64,000 nucleotides of DNA, from NCBI RefSeq assembly GCF_006345805.1, contig NC_043004.1, forward strand, positions 67,084,001 through 67,148,000, in the 5' to 3' direction. How positions within the stretch are numbered: position 1 is the first letter of the stretch; each line of letters starts with the position of its first letter. The DNA comes from Octopus sinensis. Its lineage: Eukaryota. Positions 1 to 12,420 of this stretch are shown here, piece by piece. The notes under the pieces are model-generated. The model ran no database searches. It was given only the letters and a program-made list of their open reading frames with translations, and had not been told where the DNA came from. The position numbers and the translations under genes were made by a program.

Positions 1-133
1 CAATTCAAAATGAACAATTAAATTACACCATCTAGAAAATTGCATATCATAGAAAAGTTAAAATTAACATGACAATTAAAAAGTAAAGATTAAAAATAAT
101 ATAATGTATATAATAGGTAATGTATATAATAGG

Positions 134-201
<68 letters not shown>

Positions 202-288
202 TATATATACATATACTAAATGGTCTACTATATTAAATTGTAAATTGAAAGATTTGTCCTTCAATGTATGATGAGTAAAATTTCATAA

Positions 289-775
289 AGTCCATACTTG
301 AAAAAGAGAGACTCTCCTGTGTTGAAGTTACAAATGACAGAATACAAACTAACAACCACTGAGTATGTTGTCTGATCTTCAACTGATTAAGTCTAATATC
401 TCACTGATTGACAGTTAAATAAATATTAAGTTTTGTTATACAGGAGCAACTGGTTCCACAAATCAAAGTGAAATGGTTTCATTCAAATATTAGGATAGAC
501 TTTGTTCAATTTGTATTTTCCAAGAATCAAAGCATGTGTAGAACTCTGTGTGTGTGTGTGTTTAATACAGTCCATACTTGAAAATGAGACTTTCTTGTGT
601 TGAATTTACAAATGATAGAATAGAAATTGACAACCACTGAGTCTGTTGTCTGATCTTCAACTGATTTAGTCTAATATCTCACTGATTGACAGTTAAATAA
701 ATATTAAGTTTTATCATACAGGAGCAACTGGTTCCACAAATTAAAGTGAAATGGATTTTCTAAGTACCTCATTTC
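289..775. repeat. ~200-bp diverged direct repeat pair
   Basis: AGTCCATACTTGAAAA...GGTTCCACAAAT.AAAGTGAAATGG occurs at ~289-480 and ~569-756 with scattered substitutions. Confidence 0.85.
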
Positions 776-835
776 TTTTAATATAAAATACCTGTACGTC
801 ATCTCCAAACGTTTCAATATATATATATATATATA

Positions 836-898
<63 letters not shown>

Positions 899-1017
899 TG
901 TGTGTGTGTGTATGTATGTATGTATGTATGTAGGTATGTATGTATGTGTGTGTGTATATATACATGCACAAAATGCGAACACACACACACACACACATAC
1001 ACATGTACTCACTTATC

Positions 1018-1245
1018 TTTTACATGTTTCAGTCATTTGAATGCAGCCATGCTGAAGCAGCGCCTTTAGTCGAGCACATCGATCCCAGGTCTTATTCTTT
1101 GTAAGCCTAGTACTTATTCTATCGGTATATTTTTACCGAACCGCTAAGTTACGGGGACGTAAACACATCAGCATCGGTTGTCAAGCGATGTTGGGGGGAC
1201 AAACACAGACACACAAACACACATGCACACAAACATACACACACG

Positions 1246-1277
<32 letters not shown>

Positions 1278-1458
1278 AATAAATTCATATATAAGATGGG
1301 CTTCTTTCAGTTTCCGTCTACCGAATCCACTCACAAGGCTTTGGTCAGCCCGAGGCTATAGTAGAAGACACCTGCACAAGGTGCCATGCAGTGGGAATGA
1401 ACCAGGAAACATCTGGTCAGCAAGCAAGCTACTTACCACACAGCCACACCTGCGCCTA
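1018..1458 (-). mobile_element. tRNA-derived SINE, family C (head ATAGGCGCAGGAGTGGCTGTGTGG, internal microsatellite, tail GACTGAAACAAGTAAAAGAG)
   Basis: Matches other copies in the window (18463-18978 +, 24434-24787 -, 32151-32599 -, 45506-45805 +). A/B-box-like head on the minus strand. Confidence 0.8.
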
Positions 1459-2060
1459 TACAACCACTCCTATATATATATATATATACGCATAAGCGTG
1501 CATTACGGAAACTACAACACTCGGGTGTTCATATAATTAATTAGTGAAGTATAAAATAAAGAATTCACCTAATTACCTTTCACTTACTTGGTAGCGTCAC
1601 CTGGAGATAATAACTTCAAGCTTACACATTCCTTATATAATCATAAAGTTTTGTCCTGTTGGTTTATATTTGCTTCAGCCGTCTTCTAATTTAATTGCAC
1701 AACACCTCTATGTCATGTAACGAAATGAATTCCGTGATTTAAATAATTGGAGAAACAGAAAAATTCAGTGATCAAATCAGAAAAGAATTATGTAGATTAA
1801 ATTAATTTTTTATTCATATTTTTGTATATATTATTATAAATATTCATTTAGTCGATGTCAAATCTATTAGGAAAATTTCAGAGATAACCGTAGCAATATT
1901 ACGTTCATGATTCAGGCTTTTGTAGCTGAAGGAATACTTAATGAAGTACACCCGCCTATACATAACTATAGTATTATATTGTCTAATACAAACATCACAA
2001 ACGTAATCACACACACACACACACACACACACACTACCAAACACACACACACACACACAC

Positions 2061-2100
<40 letters not shown>

Positions 2101-2105
<5 letters not shown>

Positions 2106-2972
2106 GGTCATTCCTTAAATAATGCGGTGTTTTCAAATGTATGAACAAAAAGTCCCGCTTCAACTTGCTATAAAATCAGGTAGTATTTTTACCTTTTCCT
2201 TATTCTTCGTGCAAGTTATGAAAAGAGCAGGCGATTTTACCAGTTATATTTTCAAAGCTATAATGTAAGTGAACATATTCAGCATATTTTTTTTTATGAG
2301 TTCAATAAAGTCAACAACGCAACGGAAAGTGCGAAGAATATTAATGTAGTATATGGAGACGGACGATAACTGTAAGCCCGTTTCAACTGTGTTTCCGAAA
2401 ACTTCCAAGCATGAAAACTACAACCTAGAAGATATTTAGAGCTGGACAACGACGTGCTGCAAATCCTGGTGAATCAAAATTTCATAAGAACTGTTGAGGC
2501 ACTAGCAGGGAAGCTTGAATTTGGTCATTCAACCATTCAGCGCTAGAAGAAAAACGACCATGTTTGGTTTCAAAGCGAAACGTATTCTTTCATCAGCATA
2601 ATACTCAATCATATACAACGAGGGTGACATTCCAAAGGTCGGAGGAAATTTGAATGGTAAACGATGCCCCAGCCACCATATTCGCCATATATTGCCCCAT
2701 CTGATTATCATTTATTCCTCAGTCTTCAAAATCATTTGGATGGGAAAATATGCATTCTGTAAACGAGGTCAGAAGATTAGTGAAGGAATATCATTCGTTA
2801 CAGACAAGTGAAATTTAGAAGAGGGGCTTTGCAATCTAACAGAGGATTGTACTTGATTGGAAAAGGATTTTAGAACGTGAAAGAGATTCCAGATTATAAA
2901 AAAGAAGTTTGTTTATCTTAAAATAAAAGAAGTATTTAAAAAACTGCATTATTTATGGAATGACCCAATGTA
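2101..2972 (+). mobile_element. Internally deleted mariner DNA transposon
   Basis: TIRs TGTTGGGTCATTCCTTAAATAATGCGG and CTGCATTATTTATGGAATGACCCAATG with TA flanks. Translated remnants ELDNDVLQILVNQ...LAGKLEFGHSTIQR and PPYSPYIAPSDYHLFLSLQNHLDG (mariner YSPDLAPSDY motif). Confidence 0.9.
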
Positions 2973-3341
2973 TAGTGGTTGTACTCACGATCACAAGATT
3001 GTAGGTTCAGTTCCTCGAACTGATGGTGTGTTGCGTTCTTGAGCAAAACACTTCATCTCACATTGCTCTTGCGAGCATTTCGACACCTGATGCAACGTTG
3101 ATGTCACGGAGGGAGTGAGCTAATATACGGTACATGCATTTGATCACTGTAAAGAATTCATTTTTGCAGGCCTTTCGGAAAACGCGAAGCGGTCACACGT
3201 TGTTACGAAAGGAGATTCCCTCATATATATATTCATATATGTAAGTACATAGATGTGTGTATATCTAGCACCCTCACGTAACACAAAGAAGTATCTGTGG
3301 ATTGTACGGTTTCATAGTTATTTATATTCATCGTCAGAGAA

Positions 3342-3389
<48 letters not shown>

Positions 3390-3742
3390 TATATAAGTTA
3401 TGAGAGGTAATGGTGTCAATAAGACCCAAAGGTGTCAGGAAATGCTGAGTAAGTGCTATGGACAGACTATAGTGAAGCTCCAGGTTCGGTGATTATGCGA
3501 ATGAGTCCAACGTAGGTCATATTTCAGTATGTATATATATAAAGATCCATTATTTAGGCAGAATATTATGCATATAAGATTCCAGTACCTCACAAGGTAC
3601 TGGAATCTTATATGTATACCATTCTGCCTAAATAATGTATCTACATATGCAATATCCCTGCATATCTCATGTCTATTTTGATTCCTCCATTTCAATCACT
3701 TTTTCATCTAGAATAACTATTGCCTAACTTTCCTCTCATACC

Positions 3743-3790
3743 GTCTCCGATGAAGGGATATATAAAACATCCAGGAAACGGCGGTATGAC
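3743..3790 (+). ncRNA. Degenerate type I hammerhead ribozyme in a PLE-like terminus
   Basis: CCGATGA (U4C) - GGAT/ATCC stem II - GAAA - C(GGCG)G - TA. Stem I GTC/GAC is weak. Confidence 0.45.
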
Positions 3791-5842
3791 CTATTTATAA
3801 ATGTTCTAAAATCTTTCACAGCCTTGGATTTTTATCTCATTCTGAAAATGTCTTTATATATATATATATATCTGTATGTTTGTGTGTGGGATTTTTATGT
3901 AGTTATGTATCAATAATTACGTAGCTATGCATGTATGTACCAGTTACTGTTTACTTCGGTAACACACGCTTCACAAAAGAACCAATCAAACACCAAAACG
4001 TAAAGTCACTATTGAGGTTATATCATAGTTTGCCTTTATAACTTAGTATTAGATATATATATATATTTCAGATATTTCCAGCATTTATTGGAGCCTAACA
4101 CGACTCACTCTCAACAACTACAAACCCACTTTTCCACTATTTTATGATACTAACTATCCGAAAAGCGAATTGCTGAACAATAATGGAGAGAAGACCCAAA
4201 TTCAACTCTGTTTTCTGGCCTAATACCCACCGCCTATCCATTGGATATCTTTGATGCAGTCTACGTTGTTGCAAATAACTTTGTGACGTTTTGGATACAC
4301 CAAATTGACAGAGATTTTAAAAAGTGAACATGAATGCATCGTCCTTGTTTCTGAGTAATCTATCAGAAAATCTCTTATTACATTACATTACATTACATGG
4401 TCGCTTTGTAATAAAATAATTTCTCTTCCTGTACTTAAACTTTTCTTAGTATCCGTCAACACAGGAAAAGATATTTCGTACCGCCACTCTATCTGAGATA
4501 AATAAATCTCTAAAAGTATAATCAGATTTAATCATTCCCTTTCTCTTTCTAACTCTTAAACCGACGCTATCTTCATAGCTTCAATGCATTATAAATATAC
4601 AAACGGGAACAGAAATAGTCTCTATCCTTCATCTTATGCCGTGTTTCAAATGAAATACACTGAAGTATGCTTGTTTTCGCTTCATTCTCTTGATGTACTT
4701 GAGTTGAAAAGAATTGAGTTAGAGGGGTGCATATTTTGTATCATACTTAACTGCACTTGGTGTTAATTTACCTCCGAGGATGTCTATTCCTGTAAAGGGA
4801 AAGACCAAAGTGAAATAAATTGCAAAGAATTTTCCCACTATTCAATTACTGGATAAGATGACTGAAATGACTTTTAGTTGCAAGGAGGTGTCTTAGCTGC
4901 TATATATATAATGCAACTGTTCAGTTCTGTCAATACTCAAGACGATCTTCATTCCTAAGGAGGTGTGCCTATAAAGACGTCATGTGTGCCGTAGTATTTA
5001 AATTTTATAAAGCGATTATCTAATCATATCGATTCCATACAATATGCCTAATAGAAGGTGTAATTTAGCTGTCAGTCGTAAATGACTGATTGCATTATTG
5101 GCACAAATTGACAGGGGGTACTTATATTTCTCAGCGTGCATGTTGTAAAAGCTGATGCCCAGGGAAATCCGTATTAGTAACAGTAACTGCAAACGCAGGT
5201 CGTTATCCTTTCAGAATTGATACTTTTAACGGGTTTTCGTTGCTTGCAATTTAATTTCTCAATTATGTGTCAGCCGACATGACCAGCAGAAAGCAACTCT
5301 AAATTATAAAAGTTTGCTTCATTTAATTATATTACGGCCAGATTAATGACACCATTTCACATGCATTCCAAGAAAAAGTTATAAAAATAGTTGAAAATAT
5401 TTTTGTGCTCCAAATGATGTCATATATGTTTTTGCTGAAGTTATACCCTAAGGAAAAATATCACAATTTTGACCCGACTTACGATTACAGACTGTTCATT
5501 CTATACATAGAATTACATTACAAATACTATTTAATAAGACACTTGAATTTCCTCTGTCTGAGATGGACATCCATTAAAGAGGAAATATGTGTATATTCGT
5601 ATATATATATATATATATATGTAGGTCCCGGGTTGATTCGGGGTTAACCACAGTAAATAAGGTACTCAATACATAGCAGAGTAAAATTAATTTATTATAT
5701 AGAAGGAGCTTCTACAGGACTAGAACTGTTTCATATATATATAAAGTTAATCCAAACATGAAAGCACAAAAAACACAACAACGCGAGGACGTGGAACAAA
5801 TATAGTATTATTGGACGCTCAAGAAAGAAGGAAAGAAGGAGG

Positions 5843-5877
5843 GTTTAACATTTCGAGCGGAGCTCTTCGTCGGAAAC
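5843..5877 (-). ncRNA. Minimal type I hammerhead motif (U4C variant)
   Basis: Minus strand reads GTTT CCGACGA A GAGC TCC GCTC GAAA TG TT AAAC, with stem I GTTT/AAAC and stem II GAGC/GCTC. Confidence 0.55.
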
Positions 5878-6369
5878 ATAAGAAAAGGAAAGATCCAGAG
5901 AAGGGAAGACAGAGGAAAAAAAATCGCCAACGGTACACAGAGCGGTCACATTTTGAATGGGTGGGGGAGAAAGAAAACGGCAAAGAAGGGATTGAAGGTG
6001 CTGGAGGAACGAGTGCAAGTCAGGCATGTTGAGAAGTAGTGAATGTCTGTGTAGGTAAAAGTGGTGGCGACACAAGTGGAAAAGTGGAAGTAGAAGAAGA
6101 GGACGAGGAAAAAGTGGAAGAGTCACGGACAAATTTTTTTGATTTCCAATCACGATTAGAGTGGCGTACTCCGGAAGAATGGTAACAGTAATCCGTAGGT
6201 GCAAAAATCCAGGAATTTGTTATCCAAGGTACTCAGAAGGCCGGGGTTCGTGTGAGCGTGCGGTATATAAAGTTAATCCAAACATGAAAGCACCGAAAAA
6301 CACAACAACGCGGGAACGTGGAACAAATACAGTATTATTGGACGCTCAGGAAAGATGGAATGAAGGAGT

Positions 6370-6404
6370 GTTTAACGTTTCGTGCGGAGCTCTTTGTCGG
6401 AAAC
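6370..6404 (-). ncRNA. Minimal type I hammerhead motif, mutated copy
   Basis: Minus strand reads GTTT CCGACAA A GAGC TCC GCAC GAAA CG TT AAAC. It has G8A and a stem II mismatch, and a palindromic CG stem III. Confidence 0.45.
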
Positions 6405-6819
6405 ATAGAAGAAGGAAAGATCCAGAGAAGGGAAGAAAGAGGAAAAAGATCACCAACGGTACACACGCGGTCACATTTGGATGTATATATAAATTTTGAT
6501 GTATATATAAGTACGTATGTATGCGTGTGTGTAGCTATATATATATGTTTGATCATGTTTTGCATATAGTATATTCATTGTAAACATATTTACAACATCG
6601 TAAACAACTACCACGTATTATACATAAAATGTTGTTTAAAAATTATATTTTGTGTTAAGTATCAAAAATGATACTCTCTCAAAATATATATCTATTTATT
6701 TCCATTACACAGAAACACCATACATGTGAAAGCAATAGTTAAATTATTGCTAATATATTCAATAGAAGGAGCAAACAACAATGTAATTGAAGATTGCAAT
6801 TTTTAATTGAAAGATTATA

Positions 6820-7153
6820 TATACATATATATATATATATAATATTATAATACATATATATATATATATGTATATATATAGTATATATATAATATATATA
6901 TATCTAGATATATATATATATGTATATATATATGTATAATATGTATATATATAGTATGTATATATGTATGCATATATGTATATGTATATATGTATATATA
7001 TAAATGTATATATGTATATGTGTTATATGTATATATATACATATATATATATACATATATACATATACATATATACACATATATATATACATTTATACAT
7101 ATTATTATATATACATATACATAATACATATATATATACATATATATATATAC

Positions 7154-7208
<55 letters not shown>

Positions 7209-7255
7209 CATATATATGTATACATATATATATAATATATATATATACTATATAT

Positions 7256-7315
<60 letters not shown>

Positions 7316-7404
7316 ATATCCACACATATATATATATTTATATACATATATATATATACATACATAATATACTACATATATATATATATATACATATATA
7401 TATA
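6820..7404. repeat. Large degenerate (TA)n/(TACA) microsatellite
   Basis: Directly visible. It produces the many Y/I-rich pseudo-ORFs. Confidence 0.95.
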
Positions 7405-9205
7405 TCACCTTGACCGACCAGTCCGTCAGGCGTCCATTTGACACCGCTGGTCACAGCACGCTGTCCACTCCCCTCTGGATCGCGTCTTTCTCATCCTCGT
7501 AATCTCAATCGTCCTCCTGAAATCGTAACTCCACCGTCGTGGATGTCTTCCTGGTGGTCTTTTCCGCTCGCGCGCGTACCACTCGACAACTGCGAGGGTC
7601 CACCGATTATCGGAGAGCCGGGCGACGTGTCCAGCCCATCTATACTTGCTGCGTGTATACTCTGCGATGACATCTCTCACGCTGGATTTCTTTCTGATGA
7701 TCTCACTACTGATGTGCTCTCTCAACGAGATACCAGGCATTGACCTTTCCATGGCTCTTTGAGCCGTTACCAGTCTTTGCTCTTCTCTCTGTGGTAGCCC
7801 ATGTTTCACTACTATATAACATTGCAGGCAGAACTGTACTGTTAACGAGGTTGGCGCGGGTGGTCCTGTCCAAACTTCCCTTGAGCACATTCCTTATGCC
7901 ATTAAACGCCTTCCATCCGGCCCTTACTCTCCGTGAGATCTCCTTTTCGACATCTCGGCACATATTCACCTCCTGTCCCAGGTAGACATATTCCATTACC
8001 TCCTCTATTTCATCACTGCCGATCACCATTTGGTACGTTGTCTGACCGAATGAACTTTATTTTCATGCAGTTCATCTTGAGATCTACTGAAGAGCTTTTG
8101 ATGTCGAGCTCCGTCAGCATGGTCTAAAGCTGATCCGTATTTTCAGCGATGAGTACGATGTCGTCAGCGAAATGGAGGTGGGTGAGGGGCTCGCCATTGA
8201 TGTTGACACCACCTTGCCAGTCGATGTCTCTGATGATCTGTTCGAGACATGCAGTGAAAAGTTTTGAGGAGATTGTATCTCCTTTCTTCACTCCCTTCTC
8301 GACCGGCACTCGTATGGGTGATGTCGGTGGTGCATCCGGAATTTGCCTCTCTGAGCAGCTGCACATATTGCGCTTCGACTTCTTGCCTGTGTAGTGAGTT
8401 CAGCACTGAGTTGGTTTCGACGCTATCGAAGGCCTTCTCATAATCTATAAACGCAACGCAAAGAGGCAGCTTGTACTCATTTACTCGCTCAAGCAGTTGC
8501 GTTAGAGTAAATATATGGTCCATCGTGCTGTAGTTCTTCCGGAATCCTGCTTGTTCCTTCGGTTGTTGTTCGTCGAGACGAGGTGATAGCCTGTTCAGAA
8601 TTATCTTCGTGAACAGCTTGTACACGTGAGACAGCAGGCATATGGGTCGGTAGTTCTTTAGATCTACTCTGTCGCCCTTCTTATACAGCAGGATGGTATT
8701 TTACTCTTTCCACTGCGAAGGAATTCTTCCCTCGTCTAGTGCGTAAATCGCTCAGCGAGGATTTTCCCGAGCTGCTCTCTGCCTGACTTTAGCACCTCGG
8801 ATGTTTTGCCGTCTTTCCCTGGAGCCTTTCCGTTTTTCATTGAGCCGATGGCTCTCTCAACCTCACTGACACGGATAGGTGGCACGTTTTCTTCATGTTG
8901 CAGTGGTGGTAACGGCTGGACATTTCTGGTAGACTTAAAGAGCTTGGTGTAGAAGTCTTTCGCAAACTTTTTCCATCTCGCTCTTCTCGTTGACCGGTAT
9001 TCCATCTGTATTTTTCAGGGCCGTCACCTCCAATCTATATAGTACCATGTCCCTCTTGCATTTCTTGAGGTTTTTCTTTTCCTCTGCGGCCTTCAAGAGC
9101 TTCTCCATCCGGTATGCCTCAAAGTCTTTCTTAGTTGCTGACGAATCACTCTGCTGAGAATGGAATATTCAAGGTGATCTTCAATAGTCCTCTTCATATT
9201 TTTCC

Positions 9206-9207
<2 letters not shown>
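7405..9207 (-). mobile_element. 5'-truncated RTE-clade LINE with frameshifted reverse transcriptase, inserted in (TA)n
   Basis: Overlapping minus-strand ORF pieces carry KNGKAPGKDG, EQAGFRKNYSTMDHIFTL, VAFIDYEKAFDSV, GVKKGDTISSKLF, LHFADDIVL, YVYLGQ, EISRRVRAGWKAF and KYRWAGHVARLSDNRW, which are RT motifs and an RTE-type C-terminus. (TA)n on both sides. Confidence 0.95.
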
Positions 9208-9253
<46 letters not shown>

Positions 9254-9539
9254 ATATATTATATATATATATATATAGATATAGATATATATATCATATA
9301 TATATATACATACATATTAATTTAGTTTATATTAATACGACACAGCATCATCATTGTCAACATCATCAAGAACAGCAACAGCAATAACTACTACTAATAC
9401 TACTACTACAAAATACCAGCATATTTATGTAAATGTAGGAATCACTCTTCACGAAGCAACAGTGAATATTCCAAACGGACTAACCAACCGACACGTTCCG
9501 ACTACACGACGAACTCAACTCGAACTAACAAACAAACTT

Positions 9540-9612
9540 CACTCCGACCGCTGCTATTTATAATCGCTCAGTCCAGTCTATTTCTTGCAAGGGGGCGTCG
9601 TGACACTCATTA
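9540..9612 (-). promoter_or_regulatory. Possible TATA-box core promoter
   Basis: On the minus strand a GC/CpG patch (GTCACGACGCCCCC) is followed by TATAAATAG, then a non-repeat CpG-containing segment and a possible CTG|GTATTT donor. Confidence 0.25.
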
Positions 9613-10059
9613 AAACAATGTGTTATACTCAGTACAATATATTGATGGGAAATATTCTATTTGGAACATATACCAGCAGTTACTGATTAATGATACACAT
9701 CGATTTTCTGTGGTTCAATTGAAAATGTAGCTGTTTTGTTTGTACACTAAACACGTTAATAGGTTATCGATGTATTTCTTATCGAAAAACAATATACTGA
9801 CAGTCTCCATTAAGAAATGTTAAGTATGTTAAAACAGGCAGGAAGCATGTAGGTGATAGCTTGACCTGTTAGAATAAACAGCCACATCTCCTATAACTGT
9901 GGTATAGTATCTTCTACGTTCTGCATTTTAATTTAATTAGTTAGATTTCCTCGAAAGATCAACCCAGTGTTTAATTGTTTTGAAGTCTGCTACTTACTTT
10001 ATTAGGCAATTTGGAGGCACCGTTAAGTTATATAAAATATAAAACAAAACAAAAAATAA

Positions 10060-10745
10060 AAAATAAACTATATATACACCCATACACATATAACTAATTA
10101 TATATAACCATATCTAAATACATACACTAAATCACACACCTATATATATATCCCTATACATACACATAAAAACGTCTAGGCAACGATAAATATATAAAAT
10201 AGCTAAATACTTCAACACAATACTTATTCATACTCCCTCACACACACATACAACCCACATTCCCGCTCTAGAAACGGACATCACTTAAAATTATGAACGG
10301 AGAAATGGAATAAATGGAATTAAAAATTTATATTTTATATTTTATATTTTATATTTAATTGTTGATAGGTTTATTTTAGTTTATATATTGTTTATATATT
10401 GATTATATATGGATTATATATAGGTTATAAATAGATTATATATTTATATTTTTTCATTAATACTTTAATTATTTTAAAATTATTATTTTTATATTTAAAA
10501 ATATTGATATTTTAGATTGGAAGTCCACCTGAAGATTGTCGATCAAGACAAGAAACAATGTAGTGGCTGTTTTTTTGACTTTTTATTAAAATTTTATGTA
10601 TTGATTAAGTATTTCCTTGTTTGTTTTGCAAAATAGTGGTTTTGTCTCTAATAATATTATATAATATTTTACTATAAAATTGGATTTAATCCTAAATCTG
10701 ATTTTTTCCCTGTAAATTTGGATTTATTCCCTAATATTTATTATA
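10060..10745 (+). mobile_element. PLE-type 3' terminal fragment
   Basis: Contains a canonical hammerhead. Its end TTTGGATTTATTCCCTAATATTT+(TA)n recurs at ~37938-37965. Confidence 0.6.
10525..10566 (+). ncRNA. Minimal type I hammerhead ribozyme with intact core
   Basis: CCAC CTGAAGA TTGTC GATCAA GACAA GAAA C AAT G TA GTGG. Stem I is 4 bp, stem II 5 bp, stem III AC/GT. Predicted cut after A10562 (GUA). Confidence 0.75.
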
Positions 10746-10759
10746 TATATATATATATC

Positions 10760-11205
10760 AATGAGAAAACGAAGAAAATGAAGGAATTGACATGTACACA
10801 TCAGTTTATTTTAAAATATTCAACGCAATATCATATGCATTTATTTTCCCTACAGCCGTTTCACTAGCCAATTAATTTAATTAAAAAATTTAAATTAAAT
10901 TAGTTCAAAAATGTTCATACTGAGACCGGTTAATTGAGTATTTCATCAGGGAAGAATTTACCCAAAATGAGTTACATTCCAACGGTTTGGTCGACCCTTG
11001 ACAAACTTGACTGAAATATCCAATTAACCAGTTTCAATATAAACATTTTGATTTAATTTAATCTAATTTAATTTCTGTACTTGAATTAATTGGCTATAAG
11101 AACGGCTGTAGGCATAATAATTTCATATTAGACTGATTTGAACATCTTTCAATAAACTGATGTCTGAATGTCAATTTCTCCATTTTTTCTTTTACTCACT
11201 CATTA
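10760..11205. mobile_element. Imperfect ~445-bp foldback element whose arms contain hammerhead motifs
   Basis: Nested inverted matches: AATTGACAT..ACATCAGTTTATT / AATAAACTGATGT..ATGTCAATT; CCTACAGCCGTT / AACGGCTGTAGG; ACCGGTTAATTG / CAATTAACCAGT. Confidence 0.75.
10844..10956 (-). ncRNA. Type I hammerhead motif with ~80-nt stem II insertion
   Basis: Minus strand reads TTCTTCC CTGATGA [80 nt incl. CAATTAA/TTAATTG] GAAA CGGCTG TA GGGAAAA. Confidence 0.5.
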
Positions 11206-11443
11206 ATAATTTAAATACACCTACCCGTCAATACAAAACTAACGTACCCAGTTTTTCAATGAACACTGGTAAAAACCGGAGAACTAACATGTAAACGTCC
11301 CTAAGGATTATAAGTCCTTGGGGTCGATTACTTCGTCTAAAAGGCGGTGCTCCAGCATTAACGCAGTCAAATGACTAAAACAAGTAACATAATAAACATA
11401 CATATATAGGTAGATGCATACATAGATACGTTGGTTGATAAAT

Positions 11444-11474
<31 letters not shown>

Positions 11475-11493
11475 CACACACACACGCACACAC

Positions 11494-11574
<81 letters not shown>

Positions 11575-11577
11575 TAT

Positions 11578-12420
11578 ATAGGGTTTGGACACAATAATGG
11601 TAACACCTAGCATCATAATTTTGAAATATCTATAAAACCGTTAAGAGCTTATTTATTTTTTATGCTTTTTGATTTATTATTAGTGTTGTACATTTTGCTG
11701 TAAAATTGCTGTATATTTTCAGATATCATCAGAAAGAGGTAATTAAAATTCATTACAATGACAAATCTATCAGACTTTCAAAGAGATCAAAATGTTGGAG
11801 CTCATATGGCAGGCGCTAGCTGAACGAAAACAGCCGAAATTCTTTGTCTATCAATAACTACTGTCTCGAAAGTAATGACAGCCTTTGAGAAAGAGGTAAA
11901 AATCTCCTCGTCGAAAAACTACCCCGAAAGAGAACCAAAACTTTCAGATAGAGTCCGTCGTAATCTTACGGGAATTGTTAGAAAATTACTGCAGAGCTTA
12001 ATGACCACCTCGAGAACCCAAGGGCTGCACAAAACCGGATTTTACGGAAGGCCTGCAATCAGAAAACAACTACTTTCAAAATCAAATGTTGCAAAGCGTT
12101 TAGAGTGGAGTAAAACCTACAGAATTGGTCCCAAGAGCAGTGGAAGATAGTTATTTTCTCGGATGATTCATCTTTTACCTTATTTCCGACTACCAGCCTA
12201 GTATAAGTGTTGAGACAGCCAAAAGAAGCAGTTTACCCAGACTGCCTTTTTCCAACTGTTAAAGATGGAGGAGGATCCGTGATGATCTAGAGGCGGTGGG
12301 GAGGTGCTATATCTTGGAAATGTGCCGTCCCAATGATTTTCCTCCATGGCAGATTTAATAGTCAAGACTATTTACGCATTTTATCTGATCAAATTCATCC
12401 TATTGCTGCGGAACTGTTTC
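11578..12420 (+). mobile_element. Tc1-like DNA transposon remnant (left end plus broken transposase)
   Basis: Translation LHKTGFYGRPAIRKQLLSKSNVAKRLEWSK, followed by frameshifted Tc1-type segments. Starts after TA with TATAGGGTTTGGACACAATAATGG. Right end replaced by a SINE fragment. Confidence 0.85.

Larger units (their letters stand above)
5742..6480 (-). mobile_element. PLE-derived element with two ~215-bp direct terminal repeats, each carrying a hammerhead motif
   Basis: Repeats at 5742-5953 and 6264-6478 (TATAAAGTTAATCCAAACATG...GCGGTCACATTT) flank ~310 bp. A solo third copy lies at 20272-20484. Confidence 0.8.

Noticed and set aside
6845-7444. 145-199 aa Y/I-rich ORFs
   Set aside because: Translation of a (TA)n microsatellite. 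The same applies to most ORF-track entries.
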